Of a stretch of 64,000 nucleotides of DNA, positions 19,156-29,799 are shown piece by piece. The position numbers and the translations under genes are program-made. Positions within the stretch are counted from its first letter, which is position 1, and every line of letters starts with the position of its first letter. Origin of the DNA: an uncultured Actinomycetes bacterium. Lineage in GTDB: Bacteria > Actinomycetota > Actinomycetes > Nanopelagicales > Nanopelagicaceae. The stretch is taken from contig CAIXHZ010000067.1 of the NCBI GenBank assembly GCA_903919375.1, forward strand, positions 10,291 through 74,290. Reading direction: 5' to 3'. A model generated the notes under the pieces. That model saw only the letters and a program-made list of their open reading frames with translations, made no database searches and was not told the origin of the DNA.

Positions 19156-20472
19156 ATGACGCTCCGAGTTTCAGTAATTGGCACCGGATATCTAGGTGCG
19201 ACCCATGCCGCATGCATCTCGTCTATGGGTTTTGAAGTCATTGGCGTCGATACCGATCCAGCCAAGATCGCGCTACTTGCCCAAGGCAAGGTTCCTTTCT
19301 ACGAGCCAGATCTCGAAGAGTTACTTGCTGCCGAAATCGCAAGTGGTCGCCTCTCATTCACTACCGATATCACCGGTACTGCTGATTGCGACATCCATTT
19401 CATCTGTGTGGGTACCCCACAACAGGCAGGTTCACTCGCTGCCGACTTACGTTTCGTGGACTCAGCTTTGGATGCAGTCGCGCCCATCGCTAAAGCCGGC
19501 TCGCTCGTCGTAGGCAAATCCACTGTTCCAGTTGGAACTGCAGAGCGGTTGCGTCAGCGGTTAGCTGCAGTAAATAAAGATGTGGAATTGGCATGGAACC
19601 CAGAGTTTCTGCGCGAAGGTTTTGCAGTCGAAGATACCTTACGTCCCAATCGACTGGTCGTTGGTGTGACGAGTGATGCCGCCGAAAAGAAATTGCAGGA
19701 GCTCTACCAAGTAAATCTTGATGCCAACACTCCCTGGGTGCGAGCAGACCTTCCGACCGCAGAACTCGTTAAAGTTGCCGCTAATTCATTTCTTGCGACC
19801 AAGATCTCTTTCATTAATGCGATGGCAGAAATCTGTGAAGCAGCCGGTGGCGATGTCACCGTACTCGCTCGAGCGATTGGCTATGACCCGCGCATTGGAA
19901 ACCGATTCCTGCAGGCAGGTATTGGTTTTGGTGGTGGCTGCCTTCCCAAAGATATTCGTGCCTTTATGGCGCGCGCTCAAGAACTCGGCGCTGAACAAGC
20001 GTTGGAATTCTTACGCGAAATTGATTCGATTAATCTCCGTGCTCGCCAACGCGTCATTGAATTAGTTCGTAACGATCTCAGTGATGATCTCGCCGGAAAG
20101 AAGATCGCCGTTCTAGGAGCGGCTTTTAAGCCAGATAGCGATGATGTTCGCGACTCTCCAGCCCTCGACATCGCTGCCCAAATCCTTGCTGCTGGTGCCA
20201 ATGTCGTTGTTCATGATCCTAAAGCGATGGTTCCTGCGCAAAAAAGATTCCCAGGACTGGCCTTTGCAGAGACCATTGATGAATGTCTTGCAGATGCTGA
20301 ACTAGTACTTCACCTGACTGAGTGGAAGATCTATCGAGAGATAGATCCCGACGCAGCGAAGAAGCTCGTGAAAAATGCGATCATGATCGATGGCCGAAAT
20401 GCCCTCGATCGCGAGAAGTGGATTGCTGCTGGCTGGAAATTTAGAGCGCTGGGTCGTTCAAGCGTTCAGTAG
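19156..20472 (+). CDS. ugd: UDP-glucose 6-dehydrogenase
   Basis: GTGYLG, CVGTP, KSTVPVGT, NPEFLREG, GFGGGCLPKD, FKPDSDDVRDS. Confidence 0.95.
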   Translation: MTLRVSVIGTGYLGATHAACISSMGFEVIGVDTDPAKIALLAQGKVPFYEPDLEELLAAEIASGRLSFTTDITGTADCDIHFICVGTPQQAGSLAADLRFVDSALDAVAPIAKAGSLVVGKSTVPVGTAERLRQRLAAVNKDVELAWNPEFLREGFAVEDTLRPNRLVVGVTSDAAEKKLQELYQVNLDANTPWVRADLPTAELVKVAANSFLATKISFINAMAEICEAAGGDVTVLARAIGYDPRIGNRFLQAGIGFGGGCLPKDIRAFMARAQELGAEQALEFLREIDSINLRARQRVIELVRNDLSDDLAGKKIAVLGAAFKPDSDDVRDSPALDIAAQILAAGANVVVHDPKAMVPAQKRFPGLAFAETIDECLADAELVLHLTEWKIYREIDPDAAKKLVKNAIMIDGRNALDREKWIAAGWKFRALGRSSVQ

Positions 20473-20865
20473 TTCGCCTAATAAAGTTTCAACGCGAACT
20501 TTAATGTCATCGCGAATTCGACGAACTGCCTCAATCCCCTGCCCTGCCGGATCTTCCAAAACCCAATCTTCATAGCGCTTACCCGGATAGAACGGACAAG
20601 CATCACCGCAACCCATAGTGACTACAGCGTCAGAGGCTTGAACCGCTTCAGGTGTTAAAACTTTGGGAGTGTTATTGGCAATATCAATTCCCAGTTCGGC
20701 CATTGCTTCGACTGCAACGGGGTTGATCGAATCCTTAGGAGCTGAACCTGCCGAGAGAACGTCGACGCGACCTTGACCGAGCTCACGCATAAAACCTGCT
20801 GCCATTTGAGAACGACCGGCGTTGTGCACGCAGACAAAGAGCACGGAAGGTTTCTTTTCGATCAT
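20458..20865 (-). CDS. arsC: Arsenate reductase, LMW-PTP fold, three-Cys (thioredoxin-type)
   Basis: FVCVHNAGRSQMA P-loop, TMGCGDACP, DW.LEDP. Confidence 0.9.
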   Translation of the reverse strand: MIEKKPSVLFVCVHNAGRSQMAAGFMRELGQGRVDVLSAGSAPKDSINPVAVEAMAELGIDIANNTPKVLTPEAVQASDAVVTMGCGDACPFYPGKRYEDWVLEDPAGQGIEAVRRIRDDIKVRVETLLGELLNA

Positions 20866-20866
20866 A

Positions 20867-21541
20867 TTATTTTTCCGTTACGGTCGAAGTGGTAAAAATG
20901 AGAGAGAGCCCGACGCCAACAATTGCACCAATCAGCTGAGCAACGACAAAGAGCGGCACCGATTGTGGCGCTATACCTGAAAAGGTATCACTCCAGGCAC
21001 GCGCAAAGGTGACTGCTGGGTTAGCAAAAGATGTTGAGGAGGTGAAGAAATAAGCCCCACCGATCCAGGCAGCCACGGCAACGGGCGCCGCTTTGCCCTT
21101 CTTCTGAATGCCCAGCATCTGAATCAAGAAGAGCAGACCGGCGGTGGCAACAACTTCACCCAGAAATATATTTCCACCACTTCGAATATGGTGCGAGGAG
21201 TAGATCGCAGGATTCTTGAACATGAGATTGGCGAGCATGACGCCAAGAAATCCGCCAAGGAATTGTGCTGCTAAATAGCCGACAGCGTCAGTTAACGAAA
21301 TTCGCTTGTGGAGTAATTCAGAGAGAGTGACTACGGGATTGAAATGCGAGCCACTGATATCTGCAAATAAATAGATGAGAAGTGCAAGAACAAAGACCGT
21401 CGCTACGGTATTGATCAACAATTGCACGCCGACATCGCGTGAAATATTTACTGCCATAGTTCCGGATCCCACAACGGTGGCAACCAACAGAAGGGTTCCC
21501 AATAATTCAGCAACAAATCGTCGAATAGCTCTACTCTTCAT
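20867..21541 (-). CDS. MIP-family channel, AqpS-like arsenite channel
   Basis: ISGSHFNPVV and TSSTSFANPAVT boxes; directly upstream of arsC; start moved to ATG 21541. Confidence 0.85.
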   Translation of the reverse strand: MKSRAIRRFVAELLGTLLLVATVVGSGTMAVNISRDVGVQLLINTVATVFVLALLIYLFADISGSHFNPVVTLSELLHKRISLTDAVGYLAAQFLGGFLGVMLANLMFKNPAIYSSHHIRSGGNIFLGEVVATAGLLFLIQMLGIQKKGKAAPVAVAAWIGGAYFFTSSTSFANPAVTFARAWSDTFSGIAPQSVPLFVVAQLIGAIVGVGLSLIFTTSTVTEK

Positions 21542-21947
21542 CGTTCTCTCCCTTATCCCCTGCGCGTACCTGTTGAACAACACCAAAAATTGAAAAGGCT
21601 GCCAAGACGGCAATTACACCAGCAAATGCCAGATAGACATCGTGCGGTACGTGACGGGCAAAGGCGATGATGTAAATGTCAGGAATAGCGAAATTTACGC
21701 ACGACCAGAACGCCCATTTATTGATAGTGGTGCGCCGCTTTTTAAAGATAGCAACAACCAGACGAGCCGTTGCTAGCCCATAGAACCACGATGTAATGAG
21801 ATCGACGACGAAGAAACCAACCGGGTTGACTCCATATTTACCCATCGTCTTCCAGACCACAAAAGTTGCGGCGAAGGTATAGAGCACGATTGTGGAGGCC
21901 CAGATCCGCTCCCAGAACGTTTCGCGCTTGGAGCGCAGAGGCGACAT
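21531..21947 (-). CDS. Hypothetical membrane protein (about 4 TM)
   Basis: Exactly fills the gap between purE and the MIP gene; hydrophobic helices; family not recognised. Confidence 0.7.
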   Translation of the reverse strand: MSPLRSKRETFWERIWASTIVLYTFAATFVVWKTMGKYGVNPVGFFVVDLITSWFYGLATARLVVAIFKKRRTTINKWAFWSCVNFAIPDIYIIAFARHVPHDVYLAFAGVIAVLAAFSIFGVVQQVRAGDKGENDEE

Positions 21948-22457
21948 TTAGAACCCGGTTCGGGAATTACGAGCAGCGGTGAGCTTCTCGCCCTTCTTGA
22001 GTGAGTCCTGGCGAGCAGTTTCCATGAGCTCGGCAACTTTTGCAGAAACCGCACTGTCGAATGAACCAATTATGCGCGCTGCAAGAAGGCCTGCGTTCTT
22101 CGCATTTCCCACTCCTACTGTGGCAACTGGAATGCCTGCTGGCATCTGCACAATAGAGAGAAGTGAATCCATGCCATCCAGATATTTCAAAGGTACGGGA
22201 ACTCCGATAACAGGAAGAGTGGTGGATGCAGCAATCATGCCAGGCAGGTGTGCTGCGCCACCGGCGCCAGCGATGATGACCTGAAAGCCCTTTGCGGCAG
22301 CGCCCTTAGCAAAGGCGAGCATCTCTTCGGGAGTTCGGTGGGCACTGACAACATCGGTTTCATAACTAATACCGAATGCATCGAGAGCCTCGGCCGCCGC
22401 CTGCATAATCGGCCAATCAGAGTCAGATCCCATAACTATTGCAACGCGCTTACTCAT
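21948..22457 (-). CDS. purE: N5-CAIR mutase
   Basis: [34 protein letters not shown]. Confidence 0.97.
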   Translation of the reverse strand: MSKRVAIVMGSDSDWPIMQAAAEALDAFGISYETDVVSAHRTPEEMLAFAKGAAAKGFQVIIAGAGGAAHLPGMIAASTTLPVIGVPVPLKYLDGMDSLLSIVQMPAGIPVATVGVGNAKNAGLLAARIIGSFDSAVSAKVAELMETARQDSLKKGEKLTAARNSRTGF

Positions 22458-23565
22458 CGATGACTCCACTCATATAGTCGACTGCGTGACTTACCTCGGT
22501 ACGCAATTCTAGAAGATCTTCACCGGTCATGGTGACGTGTCCGATCTTGCGACCCGGCTTCACCTCTTTGCCATATTGGTGGAATTTGAGCGCAGGAGTG
22601 CGCGCCATCAAGTGCAAGTATGGGCGATACATATCGGCCTTCTCGCCACCCAGGACATTGCCCATCACAGCGATCGGTGCAACCATCTCAGTGGAGCCAA
22701 GCGGTAGATCTAAGATCGCGCGCAAATGCTGTTCAAATTGGCTGGTTCGTGAGCCTTCAATAGTCCAATGACCTGAATTGTGAGGACGCAGTGCTAATTC
22801 ATTAATTACAAAGTTGTCGCCGACAATAAAAATCTCTACTGCCATCACGCCTACCAAATTAATTGCTTGGGCGATTTTTAGCGCAGCGCTCTGAACTGAA
22901 ATTGCCAGCTCTTCTGATATTTCAGGTATTGGCGTAATAGTTTGGGTGCAGATGCCATCGGCTTGCACTGTTAACGTCGCTGGCCAAGTAGCTGCTTGCT
23001 CGTGTGGAGATCTGGCGACCATGACCGAAATTTCATAATCGAAATTGAGTTTCGCTTCGAGCAACAGCGTGCGATTGATGGTGCGATGCAGCTCATCGAG
23101 CTCGCTCTGCGAATCAATGACATAGACACCGCGACCGTCATATCCACCACTGGGGACTTTCGCGACCAGCGGAAATGCGATCTTTGATGCCCCACCGTCG
23201 TACCGTTGCCAAGCGGGATTAGGAAGATTGAGCTCTGCCATCTTTTCGCGCATGACTAATTTGTCTTGCGAATAAATAAAGGATTCAGCACGCGGGTAGA
23301 CCTTCTTGCCGCTCTTCTCTAACTCTTTAATAATAGATTGTGGTACGAGTTCATGCTCAAAGGTGATGACATCGCAATTGGCGGCAAATGCCAAAACCTC
23401 GCTGACATTGGTGTAATCACCTAATACATAAGGCGAAGTTTGCGCTGCCGAATCATGAGGGATAGCGGCGAAGACAGAGAAATGTATTCCGAGGTCATTT
23501 GCCGGAACGGCCATCATCCGCGCGAGCTGTCCAGCGCCGATAACACCAACTCGAGGGAAGCTCAC
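22450..23565 (-). CDS. purK: N5-CAIR synthetase
   Basis: [46 protein letters not shown]. Confidence 0.96.
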   Translation of the reverse strand: MSFPRVGVIGAGQLARMMAVPANDLGIHFSVFAAIPHDSAAQTSPYVLGDYTNVSEVLAFAANCDVITFEHELVPQSIIKELEKSGKKVYPRAESFIYSQDKLVMREKMAELNLPNPAWQRYDGGASKIAFPLVAKVPSGGYDGRGVYVIDSQSELDELHRTINRTLLLEAKLNFDYEISVMVARSPHEQAATWPATLTVQADGICTQTITPIPEISEELAISVQSAALKIAQAINLVGVMAVEIFIVGDNFVINELALRPHNSGHWTIEGSRTSQFEQHLRAILDLPLGSTEMVAPIAVMGNVLGGEKADMYRPYLHLMARTPALKFHQYGKEVKPGRKIGHVTMTGEDLLELRTEVSHAVDYMSGVIDE

Positions 23566-23575
23566 AGCCGTGAGT

Positions 23576-24364
23576 TTACCTCTCTATCGAGAGATGAGTG
23601 ATATCGCCAACGGTGATCATCTCGCCGGAATCCAACAACAAGGCACCGGTTGGTGAGATATCGACCGCTCTTCCCGAAAGCGCACTGCCATCGGGGTGAA
23701 GCGCGATGATCGGGCGACCCAACGTAGAAGAGGTTGCCCGATAACGATCAAGTGGATAGGCGCCAATCTCCCAATCGGCCAAATCTTTGGAAAAACGATT
23801 CAGGAAGGAGGTCAATAGATCATTTCGATCGATCATCTGGTGCGATTCGAGAAATATGGAGGAGGCAGTGGGTACCGGTAACTCATCGCACGATGTTGTG
23901 ACATTTATTCCAATTCCAATAATCACACCATCGCCGTGAACTTCGCTGAGGAGACCGGCAATTTTTTTATCACCTACCAAGATGTCGTTGGGCCATTTCG
24001 TTGAATACAGATCTGATTGAGTGAGTTCATTGATGGTTTGAGCAACTGCACTTCCAGTAAGCAGAGAGAGAAATCCCCATTCGCTTCGTGCTCGTACCGG
24101 TTTGATAAAAAATGAAAATGTCAGCGCAGTCGATCGCGTCGTAATAAAAGTTCGATCAAGTCGGCCGCGCCCAGCAGATTGATATTCGGCAGTAAGGAGG
24201 TCACCATGTCGCGGCGAACCTGCGGCCAGCTCTACTTGAGTGGAAGCGATCTCGTCGAGAACTTTTACTCGCCAGTAACTGGCCACCGACTGTGAGATTA
24301 GGCTCGCATCCAATAACACGGGCGCATTGTGCTCAGGTGCTGGGTTCATTTGTTGCCTCTTCAC
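23576..24364 (-). CDS. birA: Biotin--protein ligase without HTH (start may be ATG 24349)
   Basis: EYQSAGRGRLDR, KWPNDI, KIAGLL, GIGIN. Confidence 0.92.
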   Translation of the reverse strand: MKRQQMNPAPEHNAPVLLDASLISQSVASYWRVKVLDEIASTQVELAAGSPRHGDLLTAEYQSAGRGRLDRTFITTRSTALTFSFFIKPVRARSEWGFLSLLTGSAVAQTINELTQSDLYSTKWPNDILVGDKKIAGLLSEVHGDGVIIGIGINVTTSCDELPVPTASSIFLESHQMIDRNDLLTSFLNRFSKDLADWEIGAYPLDRYRATSSTLGRPIIALHPDGSALSGRAVDISPTGALLLDSGEMITVGDITHLSIER

Positions 24365-24379
24365 TAGTACCTTAGGGCT

Positions 24380-25951
24380 GTGAGTGATGATATTCGTACA
24401 ACGGCCGGAAAGATCGCCGACTTACGTCGACGCCAATTAGAAGCCGAGAGTAGCGGTACTCCCGCTGCAATCGAGAAGCGCCATGCGGCAGGTAAATACA
24501 CCGCCCGCGAGCGCATTGAAAAGCTGGTTGATCCAGGCTCATTCGTTGAAATGGACTCATTCGCTCGTCATCGTTCCTCAAACTTTGGCATGGATAAGAA
24601 TCGTGCTTACGGCGATGGCGTTGTGACTGGCTATGCCACCGTGGATGGTCGCCCGATCGCCCTCTACTCGCAAGACTTCCTAGTTTTTGGTGGCAGTTTG
24701 GGTGAAGTCGTTGGCGAAAAGATTGTAAAAGTTATGGACTTCGCCATGAAGAGCGGCATCCCGATCGTCGGTCTCAATGATTCAGGCGGAGCTCGCATTC
24801 AAGAAGGCGTTGCATCACTCTCCATGTATGGCGAAATTTTTAAGCGTAACGTTCGCGCTTCTGGTGTTATTCCTCAGATCTCCGTGATTCTCGGTCCTTG
24901 CGCTGGCGGTGCGGTCTACTCCCCAGCCATTACCGACTTCACGATCATGGTCAATGAGACATCGCATATGTTCATTACCGGTCCGGATGTTATTAAGGCC
25001 GTGACGGGCGAAGAAGTCGGGATGGAAGAGTTGGGCGGCGCTGCCACCCACAACGCCAAGACCGGCAACTCGCACTACTTGGCCGAGAGCGAAGATGATG
25101 CCCTGGATTATGTAAAGGCCTTGCTCTCCTATCTACCTTCTAACAATATGGATGAGTCGTTGGTTCTTGAGGCAACAGAGACCACCGATATCTCCCCTGC
25201 CGACCGCGCTTTAGATTCGCTCATTCCCGACAACCCCAATAAGCCGTATGACATGAACTTGGTGATCAACGCTATTGTCGATGATGCCGAATTCGTTCAA
25301 GTGCATGAACTCTTTGCTCCCAACGTTATCGTTGGATTTGGGCGCATCGAAGGTCGCTCTGTCGGAATTATTGCCAACCAGCCCAATCAGCTCGCTGGCA
25401 CACTCGATATTGATGCCAGCGAAAAGGCCGCCCGTTTTGTGCGAACTTGCGACGCCTTCGGAATTCCGATCGTCACCCTCGTCGATGTTCCTGGCTTCTT
25501 GCCTGGCACCGAACAAGAGTGGGATGGCATTATCCGTCGCGGCGCTAAGTTGATCTACGCCTACGGCGAAGCATCTGTACCTCTTATTACCGTCATCACC
25601 CGCAAGGCCTATGGTGGTGCCTATATCGTGATGGGCTCCAAGCATTTAGGCGCAGATATTAACTTGGCATGGCCAACTGCGCAGATTGCCGTTATGGGAG
25701 CACAAGGCGCCGTCAATATTTTGCACCGTAAAGATCTTGCAGAGGCAAGTGATGTCGAAGCGCGTCGTAAAGAATTGATCGATGAGTACGAAGATACTCT
25801 CCTCAATCCTTATATCGCTGCCGATCGTGGCTTTATCGATGCTGTTATTGAACCACAGCAGACGCGCAATCAGATTACTAAGGCGCTCAATACCCTTCGC
25901 AATAAGCGCGTCGCACTTCCACCTCGCAAGCACGGAAATATTCCACTCTAA
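24380..25951 (+). CDS. Acyl-CoA carboxylase carboxyltransferase (beta) subunit
   Basis: [42 protein letters not shown]; AccD5/PccB-like. Confidence 0.95.
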   Translation: MSDDIRTTAGKIADLRRRQLEAESSGTPAAIEKRHAAGKYTARERIEKLVDPGSFVEMDSFARHRSSNFGMDKNRAYGDGVVTGYATVDGRPIALYSQDFLVFGGSLGEVVGEKIVKVMDFAMKSGIPIVGLNDSGGARIQEGVASLSMYGEIFKRNVRASGVIPQISVILGPCAGGAVYSPAITDFTIMVNETSHMFITGPDVIKAVTGEEVGMEELGGAATHNAKTGNSHYLAESEDDALDYVKALLSYLPSNNMDESLVLEATETTDISPADRALDSLIPDNPNKPYDMNLVINAIVDDAEFVQVHELFAPNVIVGFGRIEGRSVGIIANQPNQLAGTLDIDASEKAARFVRTCDAFGIPIVTLVDVPGFLPGTEQEWDGIIRRGAKLIYAYGEASVPLITVITRKAYGGAYIVMGSKHLGADINLAWPTAQIAVMGAQGAVNILHRKDLAEASDVEARRKELIDEYEDTLLNPYIAADRGFIDAVIEPQQTRNQITKALNTLRNKRVALPPRKHGNIPL

Positions 25952-26127
25952 TGCGTTGGAAAACCCAGAAGTTCACCATCACAAATGGTCCGGCAACTCG
26001 TGAAGAGATTATTGCGATCGGTAAAGCACTTCGCATTCGCGATGTAAAGAGCCCCGAGCGTGCCAGCCTCTGGCGCAAATCTCAAATTCGTCAACCACTT
26101 GCCCGTAAGTGGGGTCAGACTTTCTAA
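25951..26127 (+). CDS. accE: Acyl-CoA carboxylase epsilon subunit-like protein, 58 aa (not in ORF track)
   Basis: Hand translation [58 protein letters not shown]; TAATG coupling at both ends; G.xT.EE and S.W pattern; beta-epsilon-maf synteny. Confidence 0.75.
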   Translation: MRWKTQKFTITNGPATREEIIAIGKALRIRDVKSPERASLWRKSQIRQPLARKWGQTF

Positions 26128-26744
26128 TGTCTCGCCGCCACATTGTTCTCGCATCCTCCTCGCCATCACGTAAGCGCTTGCTTGCTGCTGCTGGCGTGCC
26201 TGCAGAAGTAATTGTGAGCGGCGTCGATGAAGAACATCCCGATATCACTAAATTATCGCCATCAGAGATGGTGATTGCCCTTGCAATTCTCAAAGCACAT
26301 ACCGTTAAAGATGTGGCGCCAGCTGATTCCATTATTATCGGTTGCGATTCCACCTTTGAGTTCGAGGGCCAATCACTGGGTAAGCCGATGTCGACTGAGA
26401 ACGCAATTGCCCGCTCCCGCGCACTGCGTGGCAAATCTGGATTGCTTCACACCGGCCACTGCATCATCGATCTTAAACAAGGAATTGAAATCTCCGATAT
26501 CTCTACCTCATCAGTCTTCTTCGCTGATATGACTGATGGCGAAATTGAGGCTTATGCCCAATCTGGCGAGCCACTCCATGTTGCGGGGGGCTTTACCTTA
26601 GATGGCTTGAGTTCACCGTTTATCGAGAAGATTGAAGGCTGCCCCACCGGCATCATCGGGCTCTCGATGCCGCTGCTTCGTCGAGCCATTAATACCTTAG
26701 GTCTTTCTTGGACGCAGATCGCAGAAATGGATATAGCCTCATGA
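26127..26744 (+). CDS. maf: Maf family nucleoside triphosphate pyrophosphatase
   Basis: [29 protein letters not shown]. Confidence 0.93.
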   Translation: MSRRHIVLASSSPSRKRLLAAAGVPAEVIVSGVDEEHPDITKLSPSEMVIALAILKAHTVKDVAPADSIIIGCDSTFEFEGQSLGKPMSTENAIARSRALRGKSGLLHTGHCIIDLKQGIEISDISTSSVFFADMTDGEIEAYAQSGEPLHVAGGFTLDGLSSPFIEKIEGCPTGIIGLSMPLLRRAINTLGLSWTQIAEMDIAS

Positions 26745-28459
26745 TGAAATCCGTATTGATTGCCAATCGTGGTGAGATCGCTGTGCGCGTTGCTCGGGCA
26801 GCGCGTGACCATGGCATTCGCTCGATCGCTATCTACTCTGACGAAGACCGTAATTCGCTTCACGTCGCAACTGCCGATGAAGCGCATGCTCTTCACGGTC
26901 TCTCTGCTGCTGAAACCTATCTGGACCAGAATAAAATAATTGAAATTGCTCAGAGATCTGGCGCAGATGCCGTTCATCCCGGCTATGGCTTTCTTTCAGA
27001 GAATGCAGATTTTGCCGATCGCGTGATCGCTGCCGGCCTGATTTGGATTGGACCACCGCCTGCTGCCATCCGCGCGCTCGGCGATAAAGTTTCTGCTCGA
27101 AAGATTGCATCTGAAGCGGGCGCACCACTTGTTGCCGGAACAATCGACCCAGTCGACACTCCTGATGAGATCATCGCCTTTGCCAAAGAGCACGGTCTTC
27201 CTGTCGCGATTAAAGCAGCGCATGGCGGAGGCGGACGTGGCCTCAAAGTCGCACGCACTATGGAAGAAATTCCTGAGCTCTTTGCGTCAGCGGTTCGTGA
27301 AGCGATCACTGGTTTTGGTCGGGGTGAATGCTTTGTCGAACGCTATCTCGATAAGCCTCGCCATGTGGAGACCCAAGTACTTGTTGACTCGAAAGGAAAT
27401 GCGGTCGTAGTCAGTACTCGCGACTGTTCGCTTCAGCGTCGCCACCAGAAATTGGTCGAAGAAGCACCCGCTCCATTCCTGACCGAAAAGCAGATCGAGC
27501 AGCTCTATAGCTCCTCAAAAGCAATCATGAAGTTAGCGGGATACGTCGGCGCCGGTACATGTGAATTTCTTATTGGTATCGATGGCACCATCTCATTCTT
27601 AGAAGTCAACACCCGACTACAGGTGGAGCATCCGGTCTCGGAAGAAGTCACCGGCATCGACCTGGTTCGCCAACAATTCCGCATCGCTGATGGCGAGGAG
27701 ATCTCCCCGATCGACCCAATCGTGCGTGGCCACTCCATTGAATTCCGCATTAATGGCGAAGATCCTGGTCGAGGCTTTCTGCCTTCACTCGGAACAATCA
27801 CCAAGTGGGAAGTTCCCTCCGGTCCAGGCGTTCGCATCGATGCCGGCTTTGATCATGGCCACACTATTGGTTCGCACTTCGACTCATTGCTCGCTAAGTT
27901 AATTGTTACTGGCGCCACCCGTGAAGAGACCATCCAGCGAGCGCGCCGCGCACTTCGGGAATTTGAAATTGGCGGACTCGCCACAGCACTACCTTTCCAT
28001 CGCGCCATTGTGGAAGATCCCAACTTCACTGACGAGTTCAAGGTCTACACCAGTTATATTGAAAATGAATTCAATAATGAGATCGAACCCTTTAACTTTA
28101 AGGCGGGCGTCTCCGATACCAAATCGAACTCTCGAACCGTCGTCGCCGAAGTTAATGGCAAGCGCTTTGATGTTGTAATCCATACGCCCGAGCCTGCTGT
28201 TAAACGACACCGCGTAAAACCCAGTGGCGTGACCAAACTAGCCGGTGATGCAATTGTTAGCCCTATGCAAGGCACCGTCGTGAAGATTCTTAAATCCAAT
28301 GGCGAAAGCGTGCAAGCGGGAGATCTCATCGTTGTTCTAGAGGCGATGAAGATGGAACAACCACTCGTTGCCCACAAGGCCGGAAAGATTGCAGCGCTCA
28401 CAGTCAGCGTCGGTGAGACTGTTGCCAGCGGATCTAACCTCTGTCTTATCGAAGACTAA
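26741..28459 (+). CDS. Acyl-CoA carboxylase alpha subunit (biotin carboxylase + BCCP)
   Basis: [51 protein letters not shown] biotinylation site; AccA3/BccA-like. Confidence 0.96.
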   Translation: MMKSVLIANRGEIAVRVARAARDHGIRSIAIYSDEDRNSLHVATADEAHALHGLSAAETYLDQNKIIEIAQRSGADAVHPGYGFLSENADFADRVIAAGLIWIGPPPAAIRALGDKVSARKIASEAGAPLVAGTIDPVDTPDEIIAFAKEHGLPVAIKAAHGGGGRGLKVARTMEEIPELFASAVREAITGFGRGECFVERYLDKPRHVETQVLVDSKGNAVVVSTRDCSLQRRHQKLVEEAPAPFLTEKQIEQLYSSSKAIMKLAGYVGAGTCEFLIGIDGTISFLEVNTRLQVEHPVSEEVTGIDLVRQQFRIADGEEISPIDPIVRGHSIEFRINGEDPGRGFLPSLGTITKWEVPSGPGVRIDAGFDHGHTIGSHFDSLLAKLIVTGATREETIQRARRALREFEIGGLATALPFHRAIVEDPNFTDEFKVYTSYIENEFNNEIEPFNFKAGVSDTKSNSRTVVAEVNGKRFDVVIHTPEPAVKRHRVKPSGVTKLAGDAIVSPMQGTVVKILKSNGESVQAGDLIVVLEAMKMEQPLVAHKAGKIAALTVSVGETVASGSNLCLIED

Positions 28460-28480
28460 GTAAGAGAAAACTAAGCGACC

Positions 28481-28927
28481 ATGACGCTCTACGCTGCTTA
28501 TGGATCGAATATGGATCCAGCGCAGATGCGAGAGCGCGCTCCACACTCTCCACATCGCGGCACGGGCTGGATCGAAGGCTGGCGGTTAACTTTCGGTGGC
28601 GAAGAGATTGGCTGGGAGGGATCCCTTGCAACACTCGTTGAATCACCAGGTGATCATGTCTTTGTCTCACTGTACGATCTCACTGAACTCGATGAGAAGG
28701 CGCTGGATCAATGGGAAGGTGCTGACCTTAATCGCTATTCAAAAATTCGCGTGCGAGTTCATACTCTCGACGGTCAGCCACTCTCCTTTATTTACGTACT
28801 CAATGGCTTTGAAGGTGGCCTACCGAGCAAGCGATATCTCTCCATCATGCTCGACGCTGCCATAGCCGCTGGCGCCCCGGTCGACTATTTAGAAGATCTC
28901 GCCCTCCGACCTACTCGCGCCGAATAG
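28481..28927 (+). CDS. Gamma-glutamylcyclotransferase family protein
   Basis: YAAYGSNM, LDQWEG motifs. Confidence 0.85.
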   Translation: MTLYAAYGSNMDPAQMRERAPHSPHRGTGWIEGWRLTFGGEEIGWEGSLATLVESPGDHVFVSLYDLTELDEKALDQWEGADLNRYSKIRVRVHTLDGQPLSFIYVLNGFEGGLPSKRYLSIMLDAAIAAGAPVDYLEDLALRPTRAE

Positions 28928-28980
28928 GTCACACCGGGCCGATATCGCCTGCGCCACAGTTAAGCGATAAGTTTGGCTCT

Positions 28981-29799
28981 ATGAGCGATCTTTATACAGA
29001 CCCCATCGGAACTGCCACCACCGCTGCCACTCGCCTCGCCGAGCTCACTGGCAAAGCCAAGCACGATGTCGCGCTGGTGATGGGTTCGGGTTGGATCAGC
29101 GCCGCAGATGCACTCGGAACTCCCACCCATGAATTTCCTGCAACTGACTTGCCAGGATTTCTCGCACCTACAGTTGCTGGCCACGGCGGGGTTATCCGTT
29201 CCTACGATCTGCAAGGTGCACACGGAACGATCCACGCACTTGTCTTTCTTGGTCGCACTCATCTCTATGAAGGCAAAGGAATGGAGCCAGTTGTCCATGG
29301 CGTACGCACTGCCGTAAAAGCTGGCTGCAAAGCTATCGTTCTGACCAATGCATGCGGCGGCATTAATAAGGAGTACAAAGTCGGCGAGCCAGTGTTAATT
29401 CGCGACCATATCTCCATGACGGCGCAGAGCCCACTTATCGGCGCAGATTTTGTCGATCTCACTGATCTTTATAGCAAGCGTATTCGCGAGATTGTTAAAG
29501 CCGAAGATGCATCTCTTAAAGAGGGCGTATATGTCCACTGGCGCGGCCCGGCGTACGAGACCCCAGCTGAAATTATTATGTTGCGCACGTTGGGTGCCGA
29601 CCTCGTGGGAATGTCTACAGTTCCTGAAGCAATCGCTGCACACGCACTTGGCGCAGAAGTTCTTGGCATTTCACTTGTCTCCAATGCCGCTGCCGGTATG
29701 ACTGGTGAGAAATTGAGTCACGAAGAAGTAATGGCGGCAGGAAAGGCAGCTGCCGGTCGCATGGGCGAACTTCTGAGCAAGGTGCTTCATAAATTATGA
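28981..29799 (+). CDS. punA: Purine nucleoside phosphorylase (trimeric type)
   Basis: MGSGW, GRTHLYEG, LTNACGG, GPAYETPAE, VGMSTVPE, SHEEV. Confidence 0.93.
   Translation: MSDLYTDPIGTATTAATRLAELTGKAKHDVALVMGSGWISAADALGTPTHEFPATDLPGFLAPTVAGHGGVIRSYDLQGAHGTIHALVFLGRTHLYEGKGMEPVVHGVRTAVKAGCKAIVLTNACGGINKEYKVGEPVLIRDHISMTAQSPLIGADFVDLTDLYSKRIREIVKAEDASLKEGVYVHWRGPAYETPAEIIMLRTLGADLVGMSTVPEAIAAHALGAEVLGISLVSNAAAGMTGEKLSHEEVMAAGKAAAGRMGELLSKVLHKL

Noticed and set aside
25782-26434. Several short overlapping ORFs around the carboxyltransferase/maf junction
   Set aside because: Explained by the coupled accE frame 25951-26127 and maf; the others are shadows
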